From the NCBI GenBank assembly GCA_951406725.2, contig OX597834.1, positions 9,548,001 through 9,612,000 on the forward strand: a stretch of 64,000 nt of DNA. Direction: 5' to 3'. Position 1 is the stretch's first letter. Every line of letters begins with the position of its first letter. The position numbers and the translations under genes are program-made. Shown here piece after piece: positions 40,560 to 55,865 of the stretch. The notes beneath the pieces are model-generated. The model was not told the DNA's origin. It saw only the letters and a program-made list of their open reading frames with translations, and made no database searches. The stretch is from Octopus vulgaris (lineage: Eukaryota).

Positions 40560-41579
40560 ATTCACAAATGTTGCCTAAATAAAGGAGTGGTGGTTAATCG
40601 TAATAGACGAATGAAGGATTGCGTCAAAAATTTAAGTCCTTAAAAGAAATTCCATTCCAGATTCTTTAAGTGGTTCTGAACTGCATCAACTACTGTATTA
40701 GGCCAATAAATTCATTGAAGAGCTTTGGTAGGGAATAATTACAGAACTGGCAATAAATGGATATGAAATAGCAGAAAGCAATGGCCCACATTATTATAAT
40801 GTTCCTCTACAGGTTTATTGTGGTTAAACCTCTTATTTTATGCGCATGTTTCAATACAAATGGATGTTCCCAATAACGTTAGTTGTTATTACCTAAGTTA
40901 ATTAAAGTTTTAAGACAGCTCACCCTGGAACATTCGCACATCAAGTACTATAGTTGAGATAACTAAATTACAGAAATGGTTTAATTATTGTTAGTTGTAG
41001 TTTATTTTCTTTTTCTCTTAAATTTATAATTTTCTGCGATTCACCCCTATTTAGCAGATTCTATCGAACTATGCTTGATGATATTACAGCTTGTAAGTTA
41101 TCAAACAAATTAGAGAATGACTCTATCATTCTTTACGTAAGCTGGTTCTGCTGTAGATTTTGTATCATAATAGGATAGTATCTCAAACCTCTTTGGAATT
41201 TAATGAAACATCATTCAGACATTACACGTTATATACCAATGTCTCAAAAGAAAAAGAATAACATCTAAAAGACGAGGTTTATATTAGAGCTGACCACAAA
41301 TTATGTTAGGTTTTCTACTTACGTTTCTACGAGTCCAATTCATTTATATTCCGTTCCAAATGTTTGAAGATTTTGCAAACTCGATATATTTTTGGAATAT
41401 TTGAAAAGATGAACAAAACACAAAATTTATTATGACCACGAGAAGAATAAATAAATAAATATGTATTATATATATTTTTTTCTAAATACATATATACATA
41501 TATATGCACAGCACATACATGCATGCATACACACATGTACATATATATGTGTGTTTGTGTGTATGTTTATGCGCGCGCG

Positions 41580-41700
41580 GATCGTAGAACGTAGGCTCAA
41601 AACGTCAAAGAATATTCCATTCTTCCTGAGCGTCAAACTAATGAAGATGTTTTTTGTTCCATTGCATATCTTTGTCACGTGTGTTTTATACATTCGAACT
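41580..41700 (+). mobile_element. Decayed member of the GAGC/GCTC hammerhead-fragment family
   Basis: GAACGTAGGCTCAAAACGTCAAAG...CCTGAGCGTCAAACTAAT...TACATTCGAACT followed by (TA)n. Confidence 0.6.
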
Positions 41701-41943
41701 GTATATATATATATGTGTGTGTGTGTGTGACGGAAGGGAAATGGAATTCACTAGACTTTCTTGTAGGTTGTACCACCGGAATGAGTGTATTTTCCCTGTC
41801 GTTAGGTAATGGATCTTGAGGGTGAGAGACAAAGTTTGAGCAGAGAGATTTAGAAGATGCGTCCGGTGAGAAGTTCTGTTCTAGTGTCAGTTACTTGACA
41901 AGCGTGTCCTATCATTTACTATGACATGTTACTCGAATCGAAA

Positions 41944-42235
41944 CGACATTTTTTCACGCTAAGAGTTGCTGAAGCATGGAACAAACTGCCGGCATCAGTT
42001 GTTAGTTGTCGGAGCACTGCATCCTTAAAAACTTCCATGCTTTCTGAGATTCGCCAACACTACACCTGATTTTCTCCCCTCCATACACACACAAGCATGT
42101 ATCTGACTCATAAATTGTTCGCTTTCCAGGCATTTGTACATTACTGCATATACTTTATACGCACTTTCTGACAAGTTGTGGTGCACCTGAGCACTGTATA
42201 CAATAATTTCATTATTATTATTATTATTATTATTT
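41944..42235 (+). mobile_element. CR1-type LINE 3' end (ORF2 C-terminus, 3' UTR, (ATT)n tail)
   Basis: 41944-42069 translates RHFFTLRVAEAWNKLPASVVSCRSTASLKTSMLSEIRQHYT*, matching the FFxxRVxxxWNxLP motif at the CR1/L2-group ORF2 end. Confidence 0.85.
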
Positions 42236-42843
42236 ATGACACAGCAAATGGAGAGAGTGAAGTAATGTTTCACAATCCGATGTACGACTTCATATAGAAC
42301 AATAATTCCACGCCCTCTATCGTAATTGGTTTTGTACTTGCTACACTGTTTCAGCTATGTAAATATTACCCCTACACGAAGCATAATACCGTCCAAATGG
42401 AGTCAACCGTTGGTTCAGGGAAGTATTTGTTACTAGGATCAAATGTGGTCCAGATGTGACCATCAATATGTATTATCACACGGACTTAATATAAGTTTGC
42501 ATTTATATTAACAAATTGTCGCTTCATATTTTTAAAACGGTGAGATATGATTTGAGGAAAATTTAACTGTTCTTGCAAACAGGCTGAACAAACATGTAGA
42601 CGTTTGATCATTAGCTCTTGTAAATAATGTTGAAGAGATAGGTATTCCGTGAGGAATTACCGAAGATTGCAATGCTGATTATTTATCGAAACTAAAATAC
42701 ATGTGTAATTTAGACGGATATCGTTTCAGAGTAAGTTGCAGAGCTGCATACATCTTATCTTGATCTGTGTAGTGAGAGTAATTAGCTACCTTTAAATAAA
42801 ATGCGGCTATCCTGTCTCTAATAGCAAACACTTTTACGAAGGT

Positions 42844-43127
42844 GAGGGCTGCGAGCTGGCAGAATCGCGAGGGCGGCGAGCTGGCAGAATCGTCAGGGCG
42901 CCGAGCTGGCAGAATCGTTAGCACGCCGGGCGAAATGCTTAGCGGTATTTCGTCTGTCGTTACGTCGTGAGTTCAAATTCCGCCGAGGTCGACTTTGCCT
43001 TTCATCCTTTCGGGGTCAATAAATTAAGTACCAGTTACGCATTGGGGTCGAAGTAATCGACTTAATACCTATGTCTGTCCTTGTTTGTCCCCTCTGTGTT
43101 TAGCCCTTTGTGGGTAGTAAAGAAATA
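42844..43127 (+). mobile_element. SINE family B, full length with triplicated 5' end
   Basis: Three copies of AGGGC..CGAGCTGGCAGAATCG, then a consensus-like body. Confidence 0.92.
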
Positions 43128-43526
43128 GGTATCTCTTTATAGAATGTATTTTAGTCTCGTGATCAGAAACCGAATTCTTAGAAGGAATGAAGAGTAATTA
43201 TGGTCTGAAATGTGGCAATCAACTGGAGCTTCTAGGGTGTAGTGACAATATCAGGCAAGATATTTATATACATATTGTCAATCTTGCCAAAAACACTTGT
43301 TCAAAAACGCACGTACAACCTTCGGTAATGTTTTCATATATATTGTTCTTCTATTTCTTGATAAAAGGCTTCTTGCTTGAAATGTCAATACGCCTTTCTC
43401 CTCTCAGCGTAACGTACTGATACTATGTATTTGTGGAATTTGTTTTCCTAATGTTTTTTTATCGCAATTTTTTTGTTATCTGTATTACATTCACAACAAC
43501 AGACCACCTACCACTAAGTCACTTCA

Positions 43527-43569
<43 letters not shown>

Positions 43570-45443
43570 GGACTGTAGTATCAGTTGTGAGATGTATTTG
43601 CCTCGCGGGAAGTGTAGAAGATTATAGACTTTAGATAAGAAAGTTTCGGATTCTTATTGGCAATAGGGAAAAAATTGGAGATAATAGTCATAAGAAAAAC
43701 AAGTTTATCTAAGCTTATTCAAATGGAAAATATAAGCGTATTTGTAGATTTTGTGATTGGATTTAACACACTATTACCTGATACGCATGCACATAAAAGA
43801 CACATATATATATATAAAGAAGAAACATACAGGTACTCGTAGTGAAATCGCATATACGTACACTTCATAAACGCGTGTTCACATGTGTTGTTTACCTATA
43901 AAAAATACATATTCGAGTTGTCATTACAAGCAAGAATAATGCTGAGACTACTGCCCACACACAAACCAAACACATACACAGGGATACACATACATATGAA
44001 GAAATTTAGACATATTCACAAACATATTAATAAATATATGTGTACGTATGTATTTGTGTGTGTGTGTGTGTGTGTGTGCACAAGCAAGAGACGGAGAGAC
44101 AGACAGATAACTGGACGTATATCATTGTGTGTATGTATGGTCGTATATGCGTCTGCGAAAGAAGAAAACAGTATGTGTGAATCGCTAAATGTGATTTTAT
44201 ATTAATCCAATGGATAGCATCAATCCAGAATAGATTTATTGTTAGAACCGATTGTAGGATTTATATCCACTTCCCACACAATCTCTCCCTCTTCTCTCTC
44301 TCACCCCTCACTCTCTCACACACACTTGCATATATCTCTACTAATTAATACACACACAAACACTCACATAGACACACACACTTTCATGTCTGCTCACGTT
44401 TCACACTTTGGTTAGCTTCGGATCAATTATTAGGCGATATATGTTTATCTCCAAAACAACGTTAAAATAGCGTAAAATATAAAAAAAGACCGCAAAGAAG
44501 AGTAAATGGTGAGAAATTATACTAGAGTTGACTTATATTCTCGGAGCCTATATGTCTCAGCAATCTCGAACATCCCTCTTTGTGTGTTTAAGTGTAATAT
44601 ATTTTATTAAATTTTTGGAATAAATACTTAAGTGTCGTTATTATGTTTCGTGATAGTTAAACAGTGTCAAATAATGTGTGAAATTAAATTATTTAACTGT
44701 TTTGTTTTGTTTTTGATGGAGATGAATGAAGGGACGAAGAAAATACGAACAGAATCAAATGAAGCTAGAAGAAAAGATCTACAGAAAATTTGCGCAAAAT
44801 TACACTGATATTAAGTAACCAAACAAACAGTTTGAGTTCGTACGCAACGCAGCACGATGTGTCTACCATGACGCCTTACTTCTATTAAATAACTACGCGG
44901 TAGATATAATTGCTTGCGTGTATAGTTGACGTCAGACGAAGTAGGAGCCACTTTATCATGGCTCCAAAAATAGCCTATTTACTTGTATTTTTTTTTAACG
45001 AATTAAGCCACGCCGTCAAAACAGACAACTGTTTCAATTACGCTTTATTTGTTAAATTTAATATTTTCTTTATTATTATTTTTTTTTAGGTTTTTAGATT
45101 CAACTACAATTATAGATTTTCAGTATTTTTTTTTTCGCAATAGTTATGAAATTTGGACATTTTTATATGCTTTGAACTCATTAGTCTGTACACTCTTTAT
45201 TGATGAGGTAAAAATGTTTAACGTATGAAGGAAAACAAAACTAAAAAGAAAAAGAAAAATAACCAAATAAGTCTTACTATTTTTATTGTCTTCGAACTAT
45301 ATTCAGTCCATTTAAAATAAAATAAAATTACGCTTTAAATAATTGTTCCTCTCGTGTCAGATGTTTACATACCGAAAGCTATTAGACGATATAATATGTA
45401 ACACACACAGACATATATATTTCTCCATTTTTCTTTTTCTTCT

Positions 45444-45488
<45 letters not shown>

Positions 45489-46117
45489 AGAGAGAGAGAG
45501 AAATATACATACCTACATATATACATGTATTGATTTTTATATTTTCAGAGGAGGTATACGCTTTCTGGTCAGTCAATACTGTAAATAGTTTTAAAGTAAT
45601 GCGCTTATTTCTACTCATAATTCTTTTAAATTCAGTCGCAGTATTTTCGATTATGTGATTCTATCTCACGTTCCTCAATCGACAGTTTAATTAGTTACCT
45701 GTAATTTACTGAGTCAACAGACATTATACATCTTTTTTTTTCTTTTGCGACAAAGTTAAGAAACATTTTTCGGCGATGGATGAGTCTCTTTCCTTCCAAC
45801 ATTGATCAGAGTGCAATATCACTGCGGAATGTGATGATTATATCTTCTGTACTTTGCTTCGAGGGTGGCCAATTCAATGATTGCGCAAAAGAAAACGATG
45901 GTGCCACAGCGTAACTGCAACGCAATGTTTGGTAAATAAAATGGGATGAAATTATAAATAATCACTACGTAATTTAAAATATTACGTGTATGCTACAGAT
46001 GGCTATTTGTACGTTGATTATATCAGATCCACCCTGAAGAATTTACCGTTTCTTATGCAAAAGCACTTGGCTTAGTGGTGAGGGTCTTCAATATAGAACT
46101 GTACCACGTTTTCAGTT

Positions 46118-46257
46118 CACATTTCGCCGTGGTCGACTTTGCCTTTCGTCTTTTCGGGGTCGAGTTACGCAATGGGATCAATGCAATCGACTTAATCCCT
46201 TTGTTTGTCCTTGTTTATCCCCTCTAATTTTAGCCCCCTGTGGGCAATAAAGAAATA
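46118..46257 (+). mobile_element. SINE family B, 3' part
   Basis: CGCCGTGGTCGACTTTGCCTTTC...AGCCCCCTGTGGGCAATAAAGAAAT. Confidence 0.8.
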
Positions 46258-48269
46258 TATATCATTTGAAATAAATCTGCTCTATGTATAACAACTCTTG
46301 AATTGAATTGTTAACACACTTTTCATTGAAAAGGAGTAAAAGACTTCGTATTTTATAACAAAATACGTAGATTCATGTTCTTCTCTAGCAAACCTGATCA
46401 GATAGATATGATCATGTAGAAATTAATAAATTTGTTATTCATTTCTATCTTATATTGTGTTATAGAGAAGAGTTTAGAGGCATATTTTTTAAAGTATATG
46501 CTCTTCAACAGCTCTCGTGTAGATATCACAAACGTTTTAGCACATACGGATAATACCGTTTTCTCCAAAGGTGGTAAACATTATTATCGTGACAAATAAA
46601 CCATCGTATCCACTTCCACTATATTGCCATACCTTTTTCCCAACAACTGCAACCAACTCACCGTATCTAGTGCAGATGTAAGCTTTCTAAGCATCTATAT
46701 TATTTCTACTAATACAGTATACGTTGATTCCTCTCTGATTTGCTTCATTCCACAAGACTATTAATAATGCGACTGCGTTATTGCTATGTTGTAATAGTTA
46801 CATATTAATTTCCGAAACAATCATGTTCAGAAATGTTTTTATGCGTATATGATTACATATAATGAATAGTTTATTTCTTAACATAAATACTGTGCGCGTA
46901 TATGTGTATATAAATACACACATACACAAATACATACGTAGATACAGATATGCATAAGAAAATGGCGGCTTGTAAGTTTGCATATGTAGCCGTGCCTCTA
47001 TGTATGCAGCTGTGCAGGTGTCTTTAAATGTGAGTTAATGTTTTTATAAACATGTGTACAAACATATATATTCGACTAAACGATAGACAATATCGCTACA
47101 TAACTATCATAATGGCTCCTTACCAAAAAGTTAGTGAATTAAATATTAAATTATAAAATTTTTAGATTCATTTCAAAAGAAATATTCATTGTTCTAGAGA
47201 AATGATATTTCCTGAAATCATAGTCGACGATATCAGATATCAATCGGTGCAATTTTCACTCTTATGTATTTATTTATTTATTCACTCATTCATTTATTTG
47301 TTTGAAAAATAAATAAATAATCTTAAAAGTATTTCCACTAACATTTAATAAAATGTGTATAATCTAATTATACTTCATTCAATTGAAATAACTGCATATT
47401 ATGCATCAGTTATTTCTTAAGTTTAACTCTACTCAGACGAAATTTGTGTGAACAATATGTGTTTGTGTATGTATATGCGGTGTGAGTATTTCTATGGCCG
47501 CAAGCGTGTGTTCGTGCGTGTACATCTCTATTCATACATACACACATATATTTATGTCTGTCTCTCGGTCAGTCAGTATGTGTGTGAACATGTTTGCTTT
47601 TGTATATGTTTCGAGGGTGAGAAAATTTGTAGATAGTTTTCAAAGAATTATTCTATTGAAATATTAGATGGATAAGTTCCAAAAGCAGATAATTGATTTA
47701 TTATATACGCAATTAATCAAATTGTGGGCCTTTAGGTTATATAACATATATTTTGTAAATAATACAAAAACTATTTGCTTAATTATATATTCGTTCAATG
47801 GAGAGGAGAGGAGAATTTCGGGTGGTCATGTTGTACATAATATTTTGCATCCGTTGTATATGTATCGAAAGTATGAAGGTATTTGATCGCCAACTGATGA
47901 GGGAATGTGCTTTTGGGAGCCTGTTGTAAGTTATCTTTTTTCAGTTTTCTCCCCTATATGCTTTTAGTCCTTTTTACCACCTTATTCACTACATACACAT
48001 ATATAGATTATATGTATGTGTGTATAGATATATATATATATATATATATGCATGTATATATGTATGTACGATGTAAGAAATTGAGAAACAGAGTGAGAGA
48101 TTAATATGAAACAATTAAGAGAAAGAAATATAGAATTGTTTCATACTAATCTCCAGCATGGATGACAGCAAAAGGAATTTCCACTCAAAGCTATACCAAA
48201 TAAAATTCCGATAATTATTTTGTCCGACGCACAAACTATTCAGCACGTTTGCAGCTTAGATAATAATAT

Positions 48270-48550
48270 TTCTTTCTGTTATAGTAACAGGCCGGAATTT
48301 TGGTGGGTGGGGCTCAACTGGTAATTATTTTATCGACCCCGAATTGATGAAAGACAAAGCCGATCGCGGTGGAGTCCGAACTCGGTACCTAAAGATGAAA
48401 CGCCGCTAAGTATTTCGTCCACGGTGCTAACGATCCAGGCAGAATAATTATAACAATAACAATGATAATTTCTTTTATAGGCACAAGGTCTCAGCAGAAT
48501 TTGAACTCAGAACTTACAGATATAAGAATTTAATTTGACATCCAACGATA
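48270..48550 (-). mobile_element. Degraded SINE family B-like fragments
   Basis: TTTTATCGACCCCGAA..GATGAAAG, GCCGCTAAGTATTTCGTCC, GAATTTGAACTCAGAAC. Confidence 0.6.
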
Positions 48551-48799
48551 CTAATAATAATAATAATAATGATAATAATAGTAATACAGTTTTGGCACTA
48601 CAAAAGGTGTACTAGGGAAAATATGTCTTGGAATTAAATTACCTTTCTTTGTTCTATTATGAGTCGTTGAAGTAAACATTTGTTATATATTTGATCGAAT
48701 GCAATCTCCCAGTGCGAGGCACTCAAATCATTGCTACCAGCATTATTGATCTTGTGGCTATATTAACGTTTATTATTGCAAGCCCGACAACAATGCTGT

Positions 48800-48965
48800 G
48801 GTCACTGCTGCTACTACTGTTACAACTTCGACAACCACCACTGCTGCTGCTCTTGCTGCTGCTATTACTACTACTAGTATTGCCTTTATGGGTGTTGATG
48901 GTAGTGATCGTGATGGTGATGATGGTGGTGCTGATTGTAGTGGTGATAGTATTGGTGGTTGTGAT
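48800..48965. repeat. (CTG/CTA)n and (GTG/ATG)n trinucleotide low-complexity tract
   Basis: Direct reading; source of the poly-L/V ORF. Confidence 0.8.
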
Positions 48966-49076
48966 TAATTTCTTTGTATTATTCAGGAATGGCGGGAACA
49001 AGAATTTCCTACAGACGAGTCCTCATAACTGGAGTCGTTCATAATGCATTCATAAAACTGGAACCAAAAATTCTCC

Positions 49077-49178
49077 CTATAGTAGAAGACATTTGCCCAA
49101 GGTACCACGTAGTGGCACTGAACCCGGAACCATGTGGTTGGTAAGCAAGCTACTTACCACAGAACCACTCCTGCGCCT
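49077..49178 (-). mobile_element. SINE family A, 5' fragment
   Basis: CTATAGTAGAAGACATTTGCCCAAGG...CCACTCCTGCGCC. Confidence 0.85.
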
Positions 49179-50539
49179 ATCTGGTACAATATCTGGTTAT
49201 TCTGCCAGCAAACCAATAAGGAACACCATTATGTTAAGGAAATATTAATCTTCCTGACAGGATTCTTGTGTGTGCGAGTGTTGTGCTTAAACAGCCTTAA
49301 CTATGGAACGAAATGAATAGCACCATAGAAATATTCTGGAGTTGGTTTGTTCGATTAGAATCCTTGAAGACGATGCTCCAGCGTGTCTACAATCCAATGA
49401 CTTCAACAGTAACCAAATCAATGTGGTTTAAGTTATTCGCAATCTTATAACGGTTGTGTGTGACTTTGAATAGACTCAATAGTTATTTGTAGCTGGGTAA
49501 AATTCTGAAAGAGAGCGTTTTTGTTGTAGGTATTCCTCAATTCACCGAAATGGTTTTTGAAAATAAATATTGTATAATACAGCCCGGATTATAGTAAATC
49601 TGAAAAGATAAGAAGAACTGCTTATCGCTTGGGTAGCTCCTGTCAAAGAACTGCTCAATTTGTGCCAACACATGCTTAAACAACAACTTATTAAGCAAGG
49701 GCTCCCATGGTGACTAGCTTCCTTCAGTTAGTGTTATCGTTGGTATAACCCGAGTCTTCAAATTGTATATGATTATATCTTTCAGTAAGTACCCACCCCC
49801 ACTCAAGACAGACAACACTGTTATGTTTAGACAACCAAGTAATAAACATTTGTAATTCGCTCAGAAGTGACAAAATGATTTTCGTAGGTTGTAATCGCTT
49901 CGCATTTGTTCCAGGTAATAATGCTTTGTCTACGTCTAAATAGTGTGTAACTGCAGTGGAGTGATGATTATTCCTGTGTGTTTACGTGTGTAATGGATTC
50001 TTTTACGTTATTACATTTTATCTATTCTTTCCTCGTCTCAAGTGGTTTACTTGTCGCTGTTTAGTAGTTGTGAAAATATTTGACAGCGTCCGTCGAAATA
50101 TCTCTCCGCATAGAGTAATTCGTTCCAGTGTATTCGTTCCGCCAAAGGATTTGTAAATGTTGCTCTTGGGAAGACGGAATGGTAATTTATCACGTCGACA
50201 TCCAAGCAGCATGATAACTTAACATCTATTAAGCTCCATAGAACATGCTACATAGATAAACACAAACTCGCAGGTGCGAGTGTTACTACACACACACACA
50301 TATATATTTGTATATTTGTTTAGACGTACATAACATACACGGCTTTGTCTACATATTTATGCCACCACAAATCGCAGTATCACACAGAAACATGCATATG
50401 TAAGTGTGTACGCGTGTGTGTGTGCGTGTGATATTTTGTGAGAGCATGTAAATAGATAAATATATTAAAGTTAGCTGATTAAAGTTGTGCTTCTTACAAC
50501 TGTTTGAAAACTTTGTTATCTAGGTTCTTACAGCCAGTA

Positions 50540-51030
50540 TTGCCGAGTTGATCGTCAAAAACACTAACGGCATTGTGATCGTCTTTACGTTCCGAGTTCA
50601 AGTCCTACCGAGGTCGACTTCGCCTTTCATCCATTCAAGATAGATAAAGTACGAACCAATCGATTAGTGGGGTCGTTGCAATCGAACTACCCACTTCACC
50701 GAAATTACTGCCCTTGAAACTATTATCATTATCATCATATTCATCGTCATCATCATCATAATCATCATTATCAACACCACCATCATCACCACCACCATCA
50801 TCATCATCATTATCATTATTATTATTAATAATAATAATATTCTGCGAGCTGACACAATCTTTAGCACGTCTCTCGTTATTTCGCCCGTCTTTACGTTATG
50901 TGTTCAAATCCCTTCGAAGTCGACTTTGCCTTTCATCCTTTCGGGGTCGATTAGATAGATACCAGTTACTCACTGGGGTCCATTGAATAGGTACCACCAA
51001 ATTTCAGGCCTTGTGCTTCCAATAGAAATA
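50540..51030 (+). mobile_element. Two SINE family B copies separated by a (CAT/ATT)n tract
   Basis: GTCGACTT.GCCTTTCATCC at about 50613 and 50919. Confidence 0.75.
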
Positions 51031-51088
51031 ATAATAATTATAATTATAATATTCATGATAATGATGATGAAAATGATGATCATCATTA

Positions 51089-51123
<35 letters not shown>

Positions 51124-52204
51124 GCAATAATAATTACATAGCGGACAAACATTCTAAGCGCACAAATATATTCCGTTAGGTATAGCTCGTAGCACATGAG
51201 TAGGTTTATATATGTGTGTCCATGTATATGAATATGTGTATACGTGCGAGCACGTGTGTATGTGTGTGTGTGTTTGTATGCACAAACACATTACTTTGTA
51301 AAACATGAATTGATTTAATTACAAGGTATACACCAGTGTATATGTCTGGTGTGTGCGTATACGTGTGACAGCACTTCAAAACACACGCCATACTCCAACA
51401 CCTACACATATGCAGACATATACTCACACAAATATATTTAACTGGGTGTATACACTTGAGAACTCTGTATGTGCACAATGTGTATGTCCACCTGTCCGTC
51501 TCTGTCTGATTACCCCTTCTCTCTCTCTCTCTCTCTCTCTCTACCCCTCAAAGTCTCTGCCTCTGCTTCTCTATATTTCCCTTCTTCTCTCTGTCTGTTT
51601 GTCTCTCTCTCTCTCTCTCTCTTACTTTCAGTTTCACTTTCACTTTAGAGAGTAACTTGATCGAATTTATGTTCACTTTCACAGTGGAAATAATTGTTGA
51701 AGCTGGAATTGTTAAAAGTTTAGTAGAGATTACAGTCCCATGAGAAAAAATGGTAGAGCAAGCAAAGAGAGGAAATTGAGACTTGCAATTTACAAATAGT
51801 GAAATTGATCTCCAGAACGGTTAATGAGACGATTCATTTTTAATCATTATTCAAGTATGTTTATTGATCTTTGTAGTGCAGTCAATCATAACGAACGAAG
51901 TGAGGAGAGAGAATTGGTTTAAACTGTACCCTAGAGTGAACCAGTCGGCGTTGTTGTTGCTTTCGTTGTTGTTCTTGTTGTTCTTGTATAACTCTAGGTC
52001 ACTCCTGACTGAGCAGTCCTATGATAAAATATTTATAGGCCATAGCCATGCCATCTAATTTTAAGGTACAGTGTATCTTGCACTGCATTATGCAATTTAT
52101 TCTTCCATTTTATTTATTGACTGATTTGAAGACGGTTCGTTGTAATTTCAGTGAGAATTGCCTACAATATTTTTTTTTTTTTGAAATTGAGGTATTGACC
52201 TGTT

Positions 52205-52430
52205 CCTTCTTTCATTCTTTGATTTGATTCAGTTATGTGACTATGCGGCTATGCTGGAGCACCGCTTTAAAGGGGTTTTTTTAGTCGAAGAAATCTCCCA
52301 TAGGACTTATTCTTTGTAAGCTTAGTATTTAATATATCGGATACTTTCGCCGAACCACTAAGTTTCTTTGACGTATACACACCGAGATCGGTTGTCAAGT
52401 GATGGTGGCAGGACAAACATAGACACACAA
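52205..52430 (-). mobile_element. SINE family A, 3' half running into an expanded microsatellite
   Basis: GCTATGCTGGAGCACCGC, GGACTTATTCTTTGTAAGC, ATCGGTTGTCAAG, GGACAAACA. Confidence 0.8.
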
Positions 52431-52580
52431 ACATATACATTTAGAGAGAGAGAGAGATAGATAGAGAGAGAGAGATACATATACACAAACGCATACACGC
52501 ACATGTATATATATATATGTATATATATACATAGATATACACAAACGCATACACACATATATATGTATATATACATACAC

Positions 52581-52621
<41 letters not shown>

Positions 52622-53439
52622 CACAAACACATACACACACACGCACATATATATGCATATATACTTAAACACACACATATATATATACATATATAACTTA
52701 GTTTTTCAAACAATTCTTGGTGATAAATATCCAAAAAAAAGAGGGTTTTTCGACATGAATTTCGCATGCATCTACAGAGCACAAACGCTTAAGATTTAAA
52801 GCGATTATACTGACGTCGACATTAACGTAAATATTTGTTTAACCCTGGAGCAATCCTTAACAAGCCGACCGGTGAATAAAGGCCTTCCTGTTAAGTCCAT
52901 CATTATTTTTTCGAAGAATTAGTGTTCATCAAATTACGTGTTGTATGAGTCTATTTTTTAACGTAGGAAGATACGATGAAGATACGTTGTAAGACGGCGT
53001 ACAAGATTCTCATTAGTACATATGTCATACACAGACTTAAAACACACGTACATACGCATTCGTGTGTTGTAAATAGTACTTCACTTTCCTTTAAAATATG
53101 TTAGCTAATTAGCAAAGGCTCGTTATTCAAGCACTATTCGGAAACGGAAGTTATCATTGGGCGACATAATTAATGAAGTCTTTATGAATTAATTTCTATG
53201 TTTATTTCATTAGCTTCTTCTACATCAGTTCCTTAATATGATGCACTATCTGTAAAACAGCGTAGCTATTTAACACTAAACATATAGGGAGTCTCTGTAC
53301 AGTCTATCGATATTTTCGAAATAGCAGTCAAATCACACTTAGAATAACATATTATTATATACACACGCGCGTGCACACAGAGGCAGACATACACATATAT
53401 ACACACACACAAACACAAGCACATATAATTCTCAAAGTC

Positions 53440-53800
53440 TTTTAACTAATGAAGCCAGACTTTGGGGCGACACACTAGGGTCTTTCAATATCAGACGTGG
53501 CCACTGGTCTCTATTCTCTATCATTTGTAGGAGGTTCACAGTGCTATAGTGTGTCCAGATCTTGATATTATCAAACCAGAATTGTCTCTGTCTGCCTTTT
53601 AATCCCCGTCCTACAACTGTGCGCAGAAGAATAAATTTTGGACAGGGAGTTATAGCGAGATTATTGACCGTCCCGGATAAAATTCCGTCGTTTTGCCTGT
53701 GAAAAAAGTGTGGTTCGTTTCTGTCAGCAAATTTTGTTCAGTTGCTGCCTGACAAGACTGTTTGTTTTGTGTTCTGTGTGTAGGATGTGCTGCAGCCTTT
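53440..53800 (-). pseudogene. RTE-clade LINE ORF C-terminal fragment with stops and a frameshift
   Basis: Minus strand RLQHILHTEHKTNSLVRQQL...AKRR...SRYNSLSKI, frameshift, ILLRTVVGRGLKGRQRQFWFDNIKIWTHYSTVNLLQMIENRDQW; matches the RTE end motif ILxGxVxGxRxRGRxRxxWxDNIKxWT...DRxxW. Confidence 0.8.
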
Positions 53801-53934
53801 GAAAACACGTACTTGTGTTCAAATACCCGGCTTCTTCATTTCATGTCAGCTATAAAAATCAGTTTTAAAGCTCACACAGATGGATCCTTCTTTACGCATA
53901 TATATATGGATATATACATATATAGCTACACGTG

Positions 53935-54080
53935 GACTGTTGGCGAATTTTTTCTTACTCCTTCCTTTTCATTTGGACGTTACTATGTCTCCTGTTTCAG
54001 AAGAAGAGCTTTGCTCAAAACGTAAAACCACTACTCTTTCTTTCCTTCTCTGAGAGCGTCTTAATAATAGTTGTACGTCG
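53935..54080 (+). mobile_element. Hammerhead-fragment family copy with inactivated core (53994-54028)
   Basis: GUUU-CAGAAGA-A-GAGC(UUU)GCUC-AAAA-CGUA-AAAC; colinear with the reverse complement of 61131-61345. Confidence 0.7.
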
Positions 54081-54116
54081 GGTTCTGAGCAAGTCAGATC
54101 TGGAATAAATTATGCT

Positions 54117-54620
<504 letters not shown>

Positions 54621-54985
54621 AGCAATACATACATATATATCTGTGTATGTATGTATGTATGTATGTATATGAGTGAATAGACAATCAACATATTTAGTAG
54701 GAGTTACATAACTGATTTAAAGCAGTTTGATTTGGTTCCATGTCAGAGAATGCTTCGCGGGTTTTTAACAGAAGCCCGTCTTTCAAGAGACGAAATTATA
54801 AGTCACATACAGTCGAATCATGCAGTTAAATAACACACACACACACAAACACACACACACACTCTCACACACACACACACACACACACACATAGCCAGAT
54901 AAATACATACATATATGTTTAACTGTTTATAAATGGAGCTGTCATATCAATTCCAGCAAATGGCGACCCACTATTTGTTATACTA

Positions 54986-55372
<387 letters not shown>

Positions 55373-55865
55373 GCAGGTCGAGACCCAAACTGTTTTAATA
55401 TCACACTAGAATAAATGCGTCGCGCCACATAGCGTCTGTGTCGATGAACGTCATTAGCTAGTAACAGGATCCGATATAATATTCAACCCCGTGCTCCTGT
55501 TACATTATACTAACATTTGAAAATATTGATATTATAATGAATCGCGAGGAAAAACAAATGATTTCGTCCAAAGACTTGAAGAGAATGTATTCAGGATGTT
55601 TGTTCATCTCAAATGTTTTCACCCGCAGCGATGCCACTACGACTGGCTGCTGCTCATTTGATGTAAAAGAAAAACGAATTCATTATCAGGTTTTGTTATA
55701 CGTTAACTTTTGTTTTCCTTCTTGATGATGTTATTGCAGTCGTTTTGGTTTAGCCAATCTAATGTCAACATTGACCGCATGGTGCTATCATTGACTAATA
55801 TATCCGATATAAGATATCTAGGCTATTATTATTATTATTATTGCTGTTGTTGTAGTTATTAATAA

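Noticed and set aside
41731-41930. Complex sequence upstream of the CR1 fragment
   Set aside because: Does not continue the CR1 frame and I could not assign it to a family.
44927-44934. Perfect CRE palindrome TGACGTCA
   Set aside because: A single 8-mer is near chance expectation in 64 kb; no supporting promoter context.
47894-47920. CTGATGAGGGA hammerhead-like start
   Set aside because: No helix II closure or downstream GAAA.
51650-51950. Repeat-free island that could be a conserved non-coding element (also 9740-9830, 53090-53260)
   Set aside because: Cannot be supported without cross-species alignment or chromatin data.
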